Shown piece after piece: positions 20,085-27,968 of a DNA stretch of 64,000 nucleotides. The notes beneath the pieces are model-generated. The model was not told the origin of the DNA. It did not search any database and worked only from the letters and a program-made list of their open reading frames with translations. This DNA is from Escherichia coli O157:H7 (GTDB lineage: Bacteria; Pseudomonadota; Gammaproteobacteria; Enterobacterales; Enterobacteriaceae). Where the stretch lies: assembly GCF_013167455.1 (NCBI RefSeq), contig NZ_CP038328.1; one strand, written 5' to 3'. The first letter of the stretch is position 1. Every line of letters begins with the position of its first letter. The position numbers and the translations under genes were made by a program.

Positions 20085-20378
20085 ATGAAAAAAATGTTAT
20101 TTTCTGCCGCTCTGGCAATGCTTATTACAGGATGTGCTCAACAGACGTTTACTGTTGGAAACAAACCGACAGCAGTAACACCAAAGGAAACCATCACCCA
20201 TCATTTCTTCGTTTCGGGAATTGGACAGGAGAAAACTGTTGATGCAGCCAAAATTTGTGGCGGCGCAGAAAATGTGGTTAAAACAGAAACCCAGCAAACA
20301 TTCGTAAATGGATTGCTCGGTTTTATTACTTTAGGCATTTATACTCCGCTGGAAGCGCGGGTGTATTGCTCACAATAA
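20085..20378 (+). CDS. bor: Bor outer-membrane lipoprotein (serum-resistance moron)
   Basis: MKKMLFSAALAMLITGCAQQTFTV...EARVYCSQ. Lipobox LITGC. Nearly identical to lambda Bor as I remember it. Confidence 0.9.
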   Translation: MKKMLFSAALAMLITGCAQQTFTVGNKPTAVTPKETITHHFFVSGIGQEKTVDAAKICGGAENVVKTETQQTFVNGLLGFITLGIYTPLEARVYCSQ

Positions 20379-20409
20379 TTGCATGAGTTGCCCATCGATA
20401 TGGGCAGCG

Positions 20410-20868
20410 CTATCTGCACTGCTCATTAATATACTTCTGGGTTCCTTCCAGTTGTTTTTGCATAGTGATCAGCCTCTCTCTGAGGGTGAAATAATCCCGT
20501 TCAGCGGTGTCTGCCAGTCGGGGGGAGGCTGCATTATCCACGCCGGAGGCGGTGGTGGCTTCACGCACTGACTGACAGACTGCTTTGATGTGCAACCGAC
20601 GACGACCAGCGGCAACATCATCACGCAGAGCATCATTTTCAGCTTTCGCATCAGCTAACTCCTTCGTGTATTTTGCATCGAGCGCAGCAACATCACGCTG
20701 ACGCATCTGCATGTCAGTAATTGTCGAGTTCGCCAGCTTCAGTTCTCTGGCATTTTTGTCGCGCTGGGCTTTGTAGGTAATGGCGTTATCGCGGTAATGA
20801 TTAGCCCATGACAAGCAAACGATGATGCAGATAACCAGAGCGGAAATAATCGCGGTTACTCTGCTCAT
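20410..20868 (-). CDS. Rz: i-spanin Rz
   Basis: 152 aa with an N-terminal TM and a coiled coil. Lies downstream of R. Confidence 0.9.
   Translation of the reverse strand: MSRVTAIISALVICIIVCLSWANHYRDNAITYKAQRDKNARELKLANSTITDMQMRQRDVAALDAKYTKELADAKAENDALRDDVAAGRRRLHIKAVCQSVREATTASGVDNAASPRLADTAERDYFTLRERLITMQKQLEGTQKYINEQCR
20469..20651 (-). CDS. Rz1: o-spanin Rz1 (embedded in Rz, +1 frame)
   Basis: 60 aa, lipobox VVVGC, Pro-rich ([15 protein letters not shown]). Confidence 0.85.
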   Translation of the reverse strand: MRKLKMMLCVMMLPLVVVGCTSKQSVSQCVKPPPPPAWIMQPPPDWQTPLNGIISPSERG

Positions 20869-21341
20869 ACCTCAATCTCTCTGACCGTTCCGCCTGCTTC
20901 TTTGAATTTTGCAATCAGGCTGTCAGCCTTATGCTCGAACTGACCGTAACCAGCGCCCGGCAACGAAGCCCAGATATTGCTGCAACGGTCGATAGCCTGA
21001 CGAATATCACCACGATCAATCATCGGTAAAGCGCCACGTTCTTTAATCTGCTGCAATGCCACAGCGTCCTGGCTTTTGGGGGAGAAGTCTTTCAAACCAA
21101 GCTGTTTACGGTAAGCATCCCACCAACGTGAAAGAAGCTGGTAACGTCCGGCGGCTGTTGATTTGAGTTTGGGGTTTAGCGTGACAAGTTTGCGAGGGTG
21201 ATCGGAGTAATCAGTGAAGAGTTCACCACCGACAATAACGTCATAACCGTGGTTACGTGTCGGTTGTCGTCCGTTATCCGTTCCTTCTGACCAAGCCACC
21301 ATATCAAGGAAAGCTTTACGCTGGGAATTTAGTACCTGCAT
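20865..21341 (-). CDS. R: Endolysin, lambda R-type lytic transglycosylase
   Basis: 158 aa, [11 protein letters not shown]...[13 protein letters not shown]. Matches lambda R as I remember it. Confidence 0.9.
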   Translation of the reverse strand: MQVLNSQRKAFLDMVAWSEGTDNGRQPTRNHGYDVIVGGELFTDYSDHPRKLVTLNPKLKSTAAGRYQLLSRWWDAYRKQLGLKDFSPKSQDAVALQQIKERGALPMIDRGDIRQAIDRCSNIWASLPGAGYGQFEHKADSLIAKFKEAGGTVREIEV

Positions 21342-21344
21342 AAA

Positions 21345-21680
21345 TTACTCCTTAGAGCCACCAAATTTGTTACCGATTACTCGCATTGCAGCCCCACGAA
21401 TAGCATCGACACCGATCAGCCCCACCCCACCACCAATGGCAACAGAAAGTGATTTAGGCCATCCGACATACTCAAGAGCGGATGCAAAGGTCAGCGTCAG
21501 AGCGCCACATAGCAAAATCTCGAGCGTTTTTCGCTTCCAGCCACCACCACCGCCAAAATAGGCGATGCGCAAACCAGCCATAACGATCGACATAATCACT
21601 GCACCCAGCGGTGTGTCTCCACGCCACCAGCTCTGAAACAACTCCAGCCAGTCCGGCCAGGTATTTGGGTTATGAGGCAT
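21345..21680 (-). CDS. Holin (putative)
   Basis: Start set at MPHNPNTW. Has hydrophobic helices and lies immediately upstream of the endolysin. Confidence 0.7.
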   Translation of the reverse strand: MPHNPNTWPDWLELFQSWWRGDTPLGAVIMSIVMAGLRIAYFGGGGGWKRKTLEILLCGALTLTFASALEYVGWPKSLSVAIGGGVGLIGVDAIRGAAMRVIGNKFGGSKE

Positions 21681-21816
21681 TTCGTCATCTCTCACCTCGC
21701 GATATTTGCGGGTGCTGTGTTGGAAATAAAAAGGCCACGCAACGTGGCCACCAGAATTATTTCCCCACCAGTTCACTTACCTCTTTCACCGTCTGATTAA
21801 ACCGCTCTGACTCAAG

Positions 21817-22131
21817 TTAAACACCTAACGCCCGACGCCCCAGCGCCATTGCTGCTTTTATTGTGGAACCGAATCCCATAAAGAAATCAGCAACCAGATC
21901 ACCAGGTCGACTACTGGCATTGATTATTTGCCTGAGCATATCCGCCGGTTTCTCGCACGGATGTTTACCCGGGTAGAACTGAACGGGCTTATGCGTCCTG
22001 ACATCGGTATAAGGCACGGAGACTGATACGGAGAAATAGCGCCGGTGAGATTTAAACTCATCCAGCAATTCAGAAGATTTGCAATTCAGTGAATCATGAG
22101 ATACCACCAACTGGTGGTAGGATTGTCTCAA
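21817..22131 (-). pseudogene. 5'-truncated DNA methyltransferase (C-terminal about 70 aa of an N6/N4 MTase)
   Basis: HPCEKPADMLRQIINASSRPGDLVADFFMGFGSTIKAAMALGRRALGV is the SAM-binding end of such enzymes. No DPPY-type half is present. The homology stops at an AT-rich junction at about 22132. Confidence 0.7.
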
Positions 22132-22305
22132 CTAGTGAGCTTTATACATTTAAGTGCGATGCACAGATAATAACCACGCCAATGGAATATCACACACAAA
22201 ATTGATAGAACACTAACAATAAGCCACAAAATAATTCACAATTTATTTTTACAGTGGATAAGTAGCAAAGTAGTGAATGTGAATAACGGCTAACTAAGAT
22301 GAAAC

Positions 22306-22329
22306 AAAAAGCCCCACAATATGTGGGGC
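22306..22329 (-). terminator. Intrinsic terminator closing the moron
   Basis: On the minus strand, hairpin GCCCCACA-TAT-TGTGGGGC is followed by T5. Confidence 0.8.
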
Positions 22330-22388
22330 TCCTTCGCGATTTATAGTAAAATAATCGATTCTCTAGCTGAAAAAATCTTTAAAAATTA

Positions 22389-22574
22389 TCAGCAATACGC
22401 AAGTTTTTTACCGTCATCCGGTACTAGTTTGATCACTACACCAGGATTCTTACGCTCTAACATCTGAGTTTGACTCCATGTAATACCAAAGGTTTCCATT
22501 GGAGATGCATTGCCAGCAAAGAGTTCGGCGACGACTTTAGCTGCCTCAATCTCTATCTGCTCATGATGTTTCAT
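22389..22574 (-). CDS. Hypothetical 61-aa protein (second gene of the moron)
   Basis: Start at MKHHEQIEIEAAKVV with AAGGGGA 5 nt upstream. No family recognised. Confidence 0.55.
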   Translation of the reverse strand: MKHHEQIEIEAAKVVAELFAGNASPMETFGITWSQTQMLERKNPGVVIKLVPDDGKKLAYC

Positions 22575-22765
22575 AAAAATCCCCTTGTTCAGCACTAAGC
22601 TGTAGTTGCTTCTTTGAAGCATAAAGGCAACAAAGTTTGTTACCTGAAGATGTATAAAGTAAAGCGTAGTACATTTTGTGTGTGCTTTGTGTGGATCCAG
22701 ATTGCATCAACTAAAAGAGGTTTTCAATACTTTTGTAATGATTCTGGAGAAATTAAGAATCTAAC

Positions 22766-23308
22766 TCACACTGATTGGTTAGGTAAAACGCTCCTAAGCA
22801 CCATTGCGCAACCACCTCGTTCGTAATCAGCAATGTACTCAAAACCACTTTCAGTATAGTATCTTATTGCCCCATCAACTGGACTAACTAAAGCTATCGA
22901 ATCAATAGATTCACCCTGAAGGTTCAGAAATCGTGCATATGCAGAGAAGCAATCCAAAACGATACCAAGCATCTGATGGTCTAGGTCTTCATGTGCATCA
23001 TTACGTTTTTCCATCCAGCAAATATGCACCGCATTTTTCGGCTTACAGTAACACCCAAATGCAAATCCAATAGGCTCCCCACGATAATAAACAACTAGTT
23101 TTATCGGGTGTTCTTCCATCATATCCATAAACACTCGCGACTTTAGTCCGGGATCCCACCGCAGTTTATTGTTAGCCTTGAGGAACTCCATATCTTTTAG
23201 TACCAGCTCGTCGGCATATACGAGCCCTAACGACTTATGAGGGAAGCGCCCTTTTAAATACTCTGCAACATTTTTAAATACTGCTGTTTGGAAGGCTTGA
23301 AACATCAT
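22766..23308 (-). CDS. GNAT-like (acyl-CoA N-acyltransferase fold) protein, tentative
   Basis: 180 aa. C-terminal ...GAIRYYTESGFEYI resembles GNAT motif B. No clear Q/RxxGxG/A motif, so the call is tentative. Confidence 0.6.
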   Translation of the reverse strand: MMFQAFQTAVFKNVAEYLKGRFPHKSLGLVYADELVLKDMEFLKANNKLRWDPGLKSRVFMDMMEEHPIKLVVYYRGEPIGFAFGCYCKPKNAVHICWMEKRNDAHEDLDHQMLGIVLDCFSAYARFLNLQGESIDSIALVSPVDGAIRYYTESGFEYIADYERGGCAMVLRSVLPNQSV

Positions 23309-23335
23309 GTCGATCCAGACGAGACGAAAGTTTAA

Positions 23336-23365
23336 ATTCTACCTACTCGCCGAATACCATTTCAA
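23336..23365 (-). promoter_or_regulatory. Sigma70 promoter of the moron
   Basis: Minus strand: TTGAAA, 18 nt, TAGAAT. The -10 ends about 27 nt upstream of the ATG at 23308. Confidence 0.6.
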
Positions 23366-23385
23366 TGCCACACATCTAAAATTCC

Positions 23386-23412
23386 GAAAAAAAACCCGCA
23401 CATCAGCGGGTT
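23386..23412 (-). terminator. tR'-like terminator downstream of the late promoter
   Basis: On the minus strand, hairpin AACCCGC-TGATGT-GCGGGTT is followed by T8. It also looks terminator-like on the plus strand. Confidence 0.8.
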
Positions 23413-23459
23413 TTCTACTTTTTATTAAAGCCGGACACACAATGCCTATCATTGAGAAA

Positions 23460-23488
23460 ATATTATCCATTTTTTTTGAAAAATGCAA
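23460..23488 (-). promoter_or_regulatory. Candidate late promoter pR' (Q loading region)
   Basis: Minus strand: TTGCAT, 17 nt, TAATAT. It lies just after the Q stop codon and about 50 nt before the terminator. Confidence 0.5.
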
Positions 23489-23519
23489 GCATCATGTCGC
23501 CATTTTCGTCGAAAATCAT

Positions 23520-24272
23520 TCATCTCGTCACTTTCCTCAATTGTGTCTCAGCATACGCTTCTTCCTGCCAGCACTTTGTAACCAGTTTATCAATGACATC
23601 TGCATATCCTTTGTACCACTGATAATCCGTCAGGTCTGGTACCAGCTTCTGGACATGAAGCCGCGCCAGTGTGGTTGGTAAACGGCTAAACCGGTTTCCA
23701 TTGCAACGCCCACAAACCTTATAAACAGGCGTGCCATGAAGCCTGGTTCTTTTTTCATCCAGGACAATACCTTTACCCTTACACCCTCTGCACGCTGTGC
23801 TGACTTCTCCCTTACCATGACAATGCTGACACAGTTCCTTCACCCACTCTTCCTTGATAACAGATTCCCCGCTTCTGGAGTGTTTCACCACCTCGCGCAA
23901 TACATCATGAAATCCAGTACCAGCACAATGCTCACAGCGAGCCTTACTTGCCGCAGACCTGGAATAATCAGCAAAGGCAAAATTCACAAGGTAAGGAATG
24001 ATCTGTAGCCGGGTTTCTTCACTCAATTTGTTCAATGTCGGGTTATCCAGTGCCATCGCGTAATTGAGCAGACCTTCAATCGCAAACTGAGGATCCTGAA
24101 CACCAACTTTTGCCAGGAATAAGGCAAACCCAAGCGGTGCTTTCGACTGCACCATCCCCTGCGCAGCCATTACATCCGTAATTGTTAAACCACCAGAGCC
24201 TGTCGCCGGTGCGTCATCGCTCAATTTTGGAGATTTTGGGGAGTAATATTTCGGTAAGGCTTCAAAGTTCAT
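23520..24272 (-). CDS. Late-gene antiterminator Q (large, zinc-finger type)
   Basis: 250 aa with repeated CxxCxGxG (CEHCAGTG, CQHCHGKG, CRGCKGKG, CGRCNG). Sits at the end of the NinR region, upstream of pR'/lysis. Confidence 0.75.
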   Translation of the reverse strand: MNFEALPKYYSPKSPKLSDDAPATGSGGLTITDVMAAQGMVQSKAPLGFALFLAKVGVQDPQFAIEGLLNYAMALDNPTLNKLSEETRLQIIPYLVNFAFADYSRSAASKARCEHCAGTGFHDVLREVVKHSRSGESVIKEEWVKELCQHCHGKGEVSTACRGCKGKGIVLDEKRTRLHGTPVYKVCGRCNGNRFSRLPTTLARLHVQKLVPDLTDYQWYKGYADVIDKLVTKCWQEEAYAETQLRKVTR

Positions 24273-24285
24273 GCTCGTTCTCCAC

Positions 24286-25281
24286 TTACGCCAGTACGCC
24301 TATTGCCAGCGCACGATCGATAAAACGAAATATCAGCTCCAGCTGGGAGCCATACTTCTCTTCAAATGCCACGGTATCCGCATGCAGCTCGTCGTGATGC
24401 TTTCTGCACAAAGGCAACACAAAGAGGTCATGCGCTTTTGTACCCATTCCTCCCTGACCGTGACCTATCAGGTGGTGGGGATCATCAGCAGGCTTTCCAC
24501 AACATGCACACGGCTGTGTCTTAACCCAGCGCGTGTACTTTTCATTAACCCAGCGGCGACGTTTTGGGCGTAACATAAAAGACTCCGGCGACTCAGGATC
24601 CACTTTCAGCGCCAGCACCTTTTTCGCTTTATCCTGGATGATGCTGGTGGCAGGAACCGAAGGCACAAGGTCACTTTCCCGGGTAACAGACGGCACAACA
24701 GGCTTCGGTAATCTAAGTGCCTTACGGGCTGCACTTTCCGGTAAGGCATCCGCCAGGTCATTACGAATCAGCCACCAGCACAGTTCCGGCATTGTCACAA
24801 CGTGACTGTCATCAAAACCGAGATCCCGACGCACAACAGACAACACCCAGCGGGCACAGTTATCCGTTGCCATTGATTCCAGCCGTTCCGTGAACTGATC
24901 GCGCAGCTGGTTATCGCAGTGCCAGCACAGACGGATTGCGCCCGGAGCGTGTCGCATTGTGGTCATGTTCTCGCTGTGCCAGTCGGAATGAGGCCACTGG
25001 CAGCCTTTTTCACGAAGTAACCAGCTTTCAAGACATTCCACGCCACCAGCACGACGGATCACTGCCTCATTGCGGAACACGGCCCGAACGGCAGGATCAT
25101 CCGCCAGCGGTTGTGATGCCGCCGGAACGGCACCACTGGCGAAAGATGAATAACGTTCCGGCTCAGGCTCCAGCAGGACACGCCCCTGCATAAACAGGGG
25201 CATCAGCTCTGAACCTGGCCTGAACAATACGATCCCCATACGCGGGGCAATTTCAGGAGTCAGTAGTGCTCTCACGGTCAC
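24286..25281 (-). CDS. DUF968-family NinR-region protein
   Basis: 331 aa. C-terminal CACCGKPADDPHHL...LCRKHHDELH is a Cys/His, HNH-like motif. Confidence 0.65.
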   Translation of the reverse strand: MTVRALLTPEIAPRMGIVLFRPGSELMPLFMQGRVLLEPEPERYSSFASGAVPAASQPLADDPAVRAVFRNEAVIRRAGGVECLESWLLREKGCQWPHSDWHSENMTTMRHAPGAIRLCWHCDNQLRDQFTERLESMATDNCARWVLSVVRRDLGFDDSHVVTMPELCWWLIRNDLADALPESAARKALRLPKPVVPSVTRESDLVPSVPATSIIQDKAKKVLALKVDPESPESFMLRPKRRRWVNEKYTRWVKTQPCACCGKPADDPHHLIGHGQGGMGTKAHDLFVLPLCRKHHDELHADTVAFEEKYGSQLELIFRFIDRALAIGVLA

Positions 25282-25282
25282 C

Positions 25283-26092
25283 TCAATGAACGGTATCGAG
25301 CAGCTTTAACAGCTCAGGGAATCGGGATTCGAAGAAATGCGGCTGCGTCTCGCGCGGATTTGCGGGACTGGTGATGTTCTTGCCGAACATGCAGCCTTTC
25401 GCTGTCAGCGACCAGAATTTTTTGATGTTGTTAATCGCAGTGCGGCTGTATCGTTCACGTTGTTCAACGATCCCCAGCTTCGCCATCTGGTGATATGCCT
25501 GATTAGCTGTCAGGCGGATACCATACTGCTTCAGCAGTGCACTCAATGATAGCGTGGGGCGGCTTGAGCCATCAGGCGCGTCAGCAGGAGCATCAATGGC
25601 ATAGCGCGGTGCCAGATTCGGTAAGCCAACAGCCTCCTGGAGTTTCTGACAGGCACCAAGCACTGAAGAGTTAGACAGGTTTAACTCCCGGCGCATAAAG
25701 TCCAGCAGGATCACGCCAGCCTGCATCTTGTCAGCAGCCTGTCCGGATAATTTTTCCGGTGCGCTGGTTACCATATCGAAAGTACGGATCACCTTCAGAT
25801 GGAATGACGGGCTGATCCACATTGCATAGGCATACACCAGTTCCTTGCAGACATACGTTCCCCGTTCATTTCCCCCATGAATCACACTCACCGGGTCAAC
25901 ACCCAAATTCTGGGTGTTGGTCAATTCATGAACAAGCTCAACAGTTTGTTGGCTGGAAAGAAACTTTCCCGGCTCCTTGGTTCTGGCATTTGCACCAGAT
26001 GCTACTGCTGCGCGATGCAGATCGTTCAGGCTGTAACGCCCATAAGCATCACGACGAACTTCAATACCATCAATGACCATCAGATTATTCAT
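25283..26092 (-). CDS. KilA-N domain DNA-binding protein (antirepressor-like)
   Basis: N-terminus ...YSLNDLHRAA...GTYVCKELVYAYAMWISPSFHLKVI. Confidence 0.75.
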   Translation of the reverse strand: MNNLMVIDGIEVRRDAYGRYSLNDLHRAAVASGANARTKEPGKFLSSQQTVELVHELTNTQNLGVDPVSVIHGGNERGTYVCKELVYAYAMWISPSFHLKVIRTFDMVTSAPEKLSGQAADKMQAGVILLDFMRRELNLSNSSVLGACQKLQEAVGLPNLAPRYAIDAPADAPDGSSRPTLSLSALLKQYGIRLTANQAYHQMAKLGIVEQRERYSRTAINNIKKFWSLTAKGCMFGKNITSPANPRETQPHFFESRFPELLKLLDTVH

Positions 26093-26111
26093 ACTTCGTT
26101 TCTCCTCTTAA

Positions 26112-26501
26112 TCAGGCGGCTGCACCCGCCGTTTTCTCGTACTTACTGATAGTGATCTCGACCTTCCCTTCCGGGATAACCGGTCCCCACTCCACCAGCA
26201 TTCTTTTCACCTGACTGTCGTCTTCCCACACACCCGCGTGGGTCAGGGCGTCAAACAGCGCCTTGTTATAGTTGTCCAGATCGCGGATCCGGTTATCCGG
26301 AGGAAACAACACGATCTCCACTGAAGCAGGTGCCGACGTTGGTTTCGGCAGACGACGTAACTGCTCAACTATTGCTGCGCACGCCGCGCTCTGGAATTTT
26401 CGCCCCGCCGCGCTTATCAGGCTCTTACCAGCAAACGCCCCTTTGTTGGGGTGTCGCCAGTACGTGTTCACGCTGGGCGGAAAAGGCAGGATCAGCTTCA
26501 T
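26112..26501 (-). CDS. rusA: RusA-family Holliday-junction resolvase
   Basis: MKLILPFPPSVNTYWRH...DLDN...K motif pattern. Confidence 0.85.
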   Translation of the reverse strand: MKLILPFPPSVNTYWRHPNKGAFAGKSLISAAGRKFQSAACAAIVEQLRRLPKPTSAPASVEIVLFPPDNRIRDLDNYNKALFDALTHAGVWEDDSQVKRMLVEWGPVIPEGKVEITISKYEKTAGAAA

Positions 26502-26824
26502 ACTTTCAGGTCCCTCTCATGTAACCAGTGGGTTGCACGCAGCCTTGCGTTTTCCTCACCGGCAAGCAGTGCGCGGATAATCCCGACCGCCTCGCTGTCG
26601 TCGTCCTTCACCGCGGTATGAAGCGTTATCCCCCGGGCCACGCCACGCTTTATCGTGATGACGCCTTTTTTCTCCAGTGCGCGAAGATGCTCCACCGCTG
26701 CATTCACTGAACGGTATCCCAGCATGGTTGCCACCTCCTGATTGGTTGGCGGGAAGCCACGTTCTTTCTGATAAGAAATCAGCATATCCAGCACCTGCTG
26801 CTGGCATTGAGTTAACGTCGTCAT
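26498..26824 (-). CDS. LexA N-terminal DNA-binding-domain protein (no peptidase domain)
   Basis: 108 aa. QQVLDMLISYQKERGFPPTNQEVATMLGYRSVNAAVEHLRALEKKGVI matches the LexA winged-helix pattern. No S24 Ser/Lys part. Confidence 0.7.
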   Translation of the reverse strand: MTTLTQCQQQVLDMLISYQKERGFPPTNQEVATMLGYRSVNAAVEHLRALEKKGVITIKRGVARGITLHTAVKDDDSEAVGIIRALLAGEENARLRATHWLHERDLKV

Positions 26825-27474
26825 GCCGCCATCTCCCTGACCAGTTTTTCTGCCTGCTGGCGAACCTGCGCCAGAAAGGCCTCACCACATGCCTCAAGTT
26901 CATAGCGCCCGATGTAGCTGATTGCCGGTCCCTTCCAGGTCTTGTCGAAAACAGCAATAGCACCAGCGAAGAAAGCGCCTGTCGGCACCTGCTTCTCATC
27001 CTTCGGGATAAACCAGGCAGGCAGTTCAAAACCAATACGCCCGCGAATAAAAGCAATATGATCTGCATCTTCCGGCCACCACACTTCGCTGGTGGCAGCT
27101 TTGATCAGGAAAACATAGCGCCCGCCTTTATCACGCATGGCACTGGCATGCTTCATGATGTAACGCATGCCGGTGATGTATTGCCCCTCATGCTGACTGG
27201 CGCGGCTGTATGGGGGATTACCAAAGGCAGCACCTTTAAGCTCCGCAAGACGTTCTGACCAGTCATGCGCCAGCGCGTTGTCTTCCGCAGTGTAATAAGC
27301 GGCACATTTGGCGTTATCACCGTCAGTGAACAGATCCAGAACAAACGGGCCAAACAGGGTGTTAATTCCCCAGAAAATGTTGTCCGGCGTGCGCCACTGA
27401 TCGCCCACTTCCTTCAGTTCATGGGCTGGTTTGTTCCGCAGCTCCACCAGCGCCTGGCAATATTTATTACTCAT
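26821..27474 (-). CDS. Phage N6-adenine DNA methyltransferase (Dam-type)
   Basis: Start at MSNKYCQ (TAATG overlap with the upstream gene). WRTP...DLF...NPPYS motifs. Confidence 0.8.
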   Translation of the reverse strand: MSNKYCQALVELRNKPAHELKEVGDQWRTPDNIFWGINTLFGPFVLDLFTDGDNAKCAAYYTAEDNALAHDWSERLAELKGAAFGNPPYSRASQHEGQYITGMRYIMKHASAMRDKGGRYVFLIKAATSEVWWPEDADHIAFIRGRIGFELPAWFIPKDEKQVPTGAFFAGAIAVFDKTWKGPAISYIGRYELEACGEAFLAQVRQQAEKLVREMAA

Positions 27475-27968
27475 TAAGCCCCCACGTAATTCCCTGACAG
27501 ATACCACTCTTCACCCGATACAGCGCGCTTGCTGCTTTTCCGTAAGCACCGCTCACGACGCGCCAGAAAATTGTTTCGTTCTGGCTGGGAGTGGCTTTCA
27601 CGGAATGCCGCCATCCACACCGTTGCAGCACGACGGTATAAGCCCCTGGACTCCAGTTCTTCAGCCTGGCGGGTCAGGCACAAAATCACCCGGGGATCGT
27701 TAGTGCCGACATAGAAATTGCGCACAGGTCTGGTTTCACGAACTGGTTGTGGTTCCGGCTCCTGCGCTCTCTCAGTCAGGCGCGGGAAATGTCTGCGTGT
27801 ATCCCCTTCACAACGGTGAGCCACACGCCCACTCTGACGTAACTTGCTTGCAGACTGCAGAACGCGCTGCCGTGAGTAACCTGCAAAAGCATCCGCAATG
27901 TCTCCGGAAGTACAGCCCGGATGGGCTTCAATGAATTTCTGAACGTCATTCAAAAGACTCATGCTCAC
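27474..27968 (-). CDS. PerC-family regulator with N-terminal winged-helix-like part
   Basis: 164 aa. EELESRGLYRRAATVWMAAF matches the PerC/Pch core as I remember it. Confidence 0.6.
   Translation of the reverse strand: MSMSLLNDVQKFIEAHPGCTSGDIADAFAGYSRQRVLQSASKLRQSGRVAHRCEGDTRRHFPRLTERAQEPEPQPVRETRPVRNFYVGTNDPRVILCLTRQAEELESRGLYRRAATVWMAAFRESHSQPERNNFLARRERCLRKSSKRAVSGEEWYLSGNYVGA

Noticed and set aside
26556-27258. ORFs 26556-27068 (-, 170 aa) and 26677-27258 (+, 193 aa)
   Set aside because: They overlap the recognisable LexA-DBD and Dam-type methylase genes in other frames or on the other strand, and they have no recognisable motifs.
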